DNA of 64,000 nt from Lingula anatina (taxonomy: Eukaryota; Animalia; Brachiopoda), in NCBI GenBank assembly GCA_051362555.1, contig CM120641.1, positions 46,506,401-46,570,400 of the forward strand. The letters run 5' to 3'. The position numbers and the translations under genes were made by a program. This document shows, in pieces, positions 62,644 to 64,000 of this stretch (its first letter is position 1; the number at the start of each line of letters is the position of its first letter). The notes beneath the pieces are model-generated. The model was not told where the DNA came from. It ran no database searches and saw nothing but the letters and a program-made list of their open reading frames with translations.

Positions 62644-64000
62644 TCAAATGTAGTTTATGCGTATTTCATGATAGAGTAAAAATGATTTGAAAAAAGATCG
62701 GCATGTAGTTTTCAAGTACTAACTACGTCTTTGACTTATTTGAACAGTGTAGCTTACAGTTGTAATATGTACAGGCTTTTATTTGACCAGGTCATAATTT
62801 ATTTTTTAAGTTTTACAAATTTTGCAGTGTCACATTAAACGTAAATGCTAAATTGAAAGTTTTTGTAGTGCCAATTTAAAACTAAATTCAATAAAGAAAA
62901 CTATTAAGATGGCTACTAACATATATGATAGAAGTAAATGTATTATTCTGACCAAATTTTGTTCTAGTAGCCTTCAGATAGAAAATCTGTGGCCTTGGAA
63001 GACGGTTATCACCTAGGTGATCTGTACTGTATTCAGTCATTGAAGAGAAACAGTTGCAAATGAGCAAAATCTTGTTTTAATGCTATTGTATTATATTTTA
63101 ATGTTATTGTATTGTAGTTCATAGTCAACTTATTGTGTCTATATTGTTTATCTGTACATTTTCAACAGTACATATTGCACCTGCATTAGTAGAATCGAAA
63201 CAAGGGCTTAAAATCAGTTTTTTGAAGCAATAAACTCATCAGTCCATTATCAATTATTTTATTTGTATCTTATATATACCAATCTGAGTAGCGTTTATTA
63301 TTATGACTTAATTTAAAGAAAATATCAACACATGTATATACTTCACTGGTATATATTATTATCAGCATGATTACATAAATAACACATGTAGAAATTAAAA
63401 TGGACGGAACCACTTTTAAAATAATAAATAAATACATCCTTCTAAAAGAAAAATATTTTCATTAAAAATTGATTAACCACTCATTCCCACATCTTCATTC
63501 CATTGTGGACAAGAGCACATATAAATATACTGACTGTACATATGCATACCACAGAATATATAGTTTTCACTATGGTGCAATATGGCATATATGTAAATAT
63601 ACTATTTCATGCTAGTTTATCCAAAGGAGGAGCAGTGGGTCCTGTATCCACCTCCCCTAAGCAACATGTACCCTCTTTTTCCCTTCCCAAAATAGCGCAA
63701 CAATTAAGAAAAACAAGATAAAATCAAATAATTTTCCATCTCTGTGCCCTAATTGCCTTTGCCTATTCCAGGAGGTTGAAAACGAAAACAAAACAAAACA
63801 TTTTATCCTTGTGCCCCCCCCCCCCCAGCTTTTAGCAAAACACTAGACCCACCAGAAGTACGGAGCCATGTGATACACATGGCACCATTTTCACATTGTC
63901 CGAAGCTGCATGACACAACCTTGAACGCCCACAACTCTGTTTTCAGAACAACAACATCACTGGGAAAATCTTGTGTAAAATAAACAGTCCGGGCAATAGT

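Overview
AT-rich, intron-containing invertebrate (bilaterian animal) genomic DNA. In order: (1) the last 16 coding exons of cytoplasmic dynein 1 heavy chain (+, to 9001); (2) two tandem 5-exon ASIC-like DEG/ENaC channel genes (-, 10225-13103 and 15478-18480), both lacking the canonical pre-TM1 HG motif, one with a C-terminal tail derived from a transposon end; (3) a truncated RING gene and an integrase relic; (4) a ~36 kb segmentally duplicated cluster of small secreted binding proteins: two divergent 5-exon lipocalins (not visible in the ORF track) and five intact stand-alone AbfB/CBM42-like beta-trefoil genes in convergent pairs, plus three orphan last exons, with signs of gene conversion, variation next to the predicted sugar pocket and a compensated frameshift; (5) a 17-finger C2H2 zinc-finger ORF. 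Many transposon insertions sit in introns, several confirmed by empty sites in paralogues. All exon boundaries were read by eye from GT/AG sites and frame continuity; family assignments rest on recalled motifs, not database searches.
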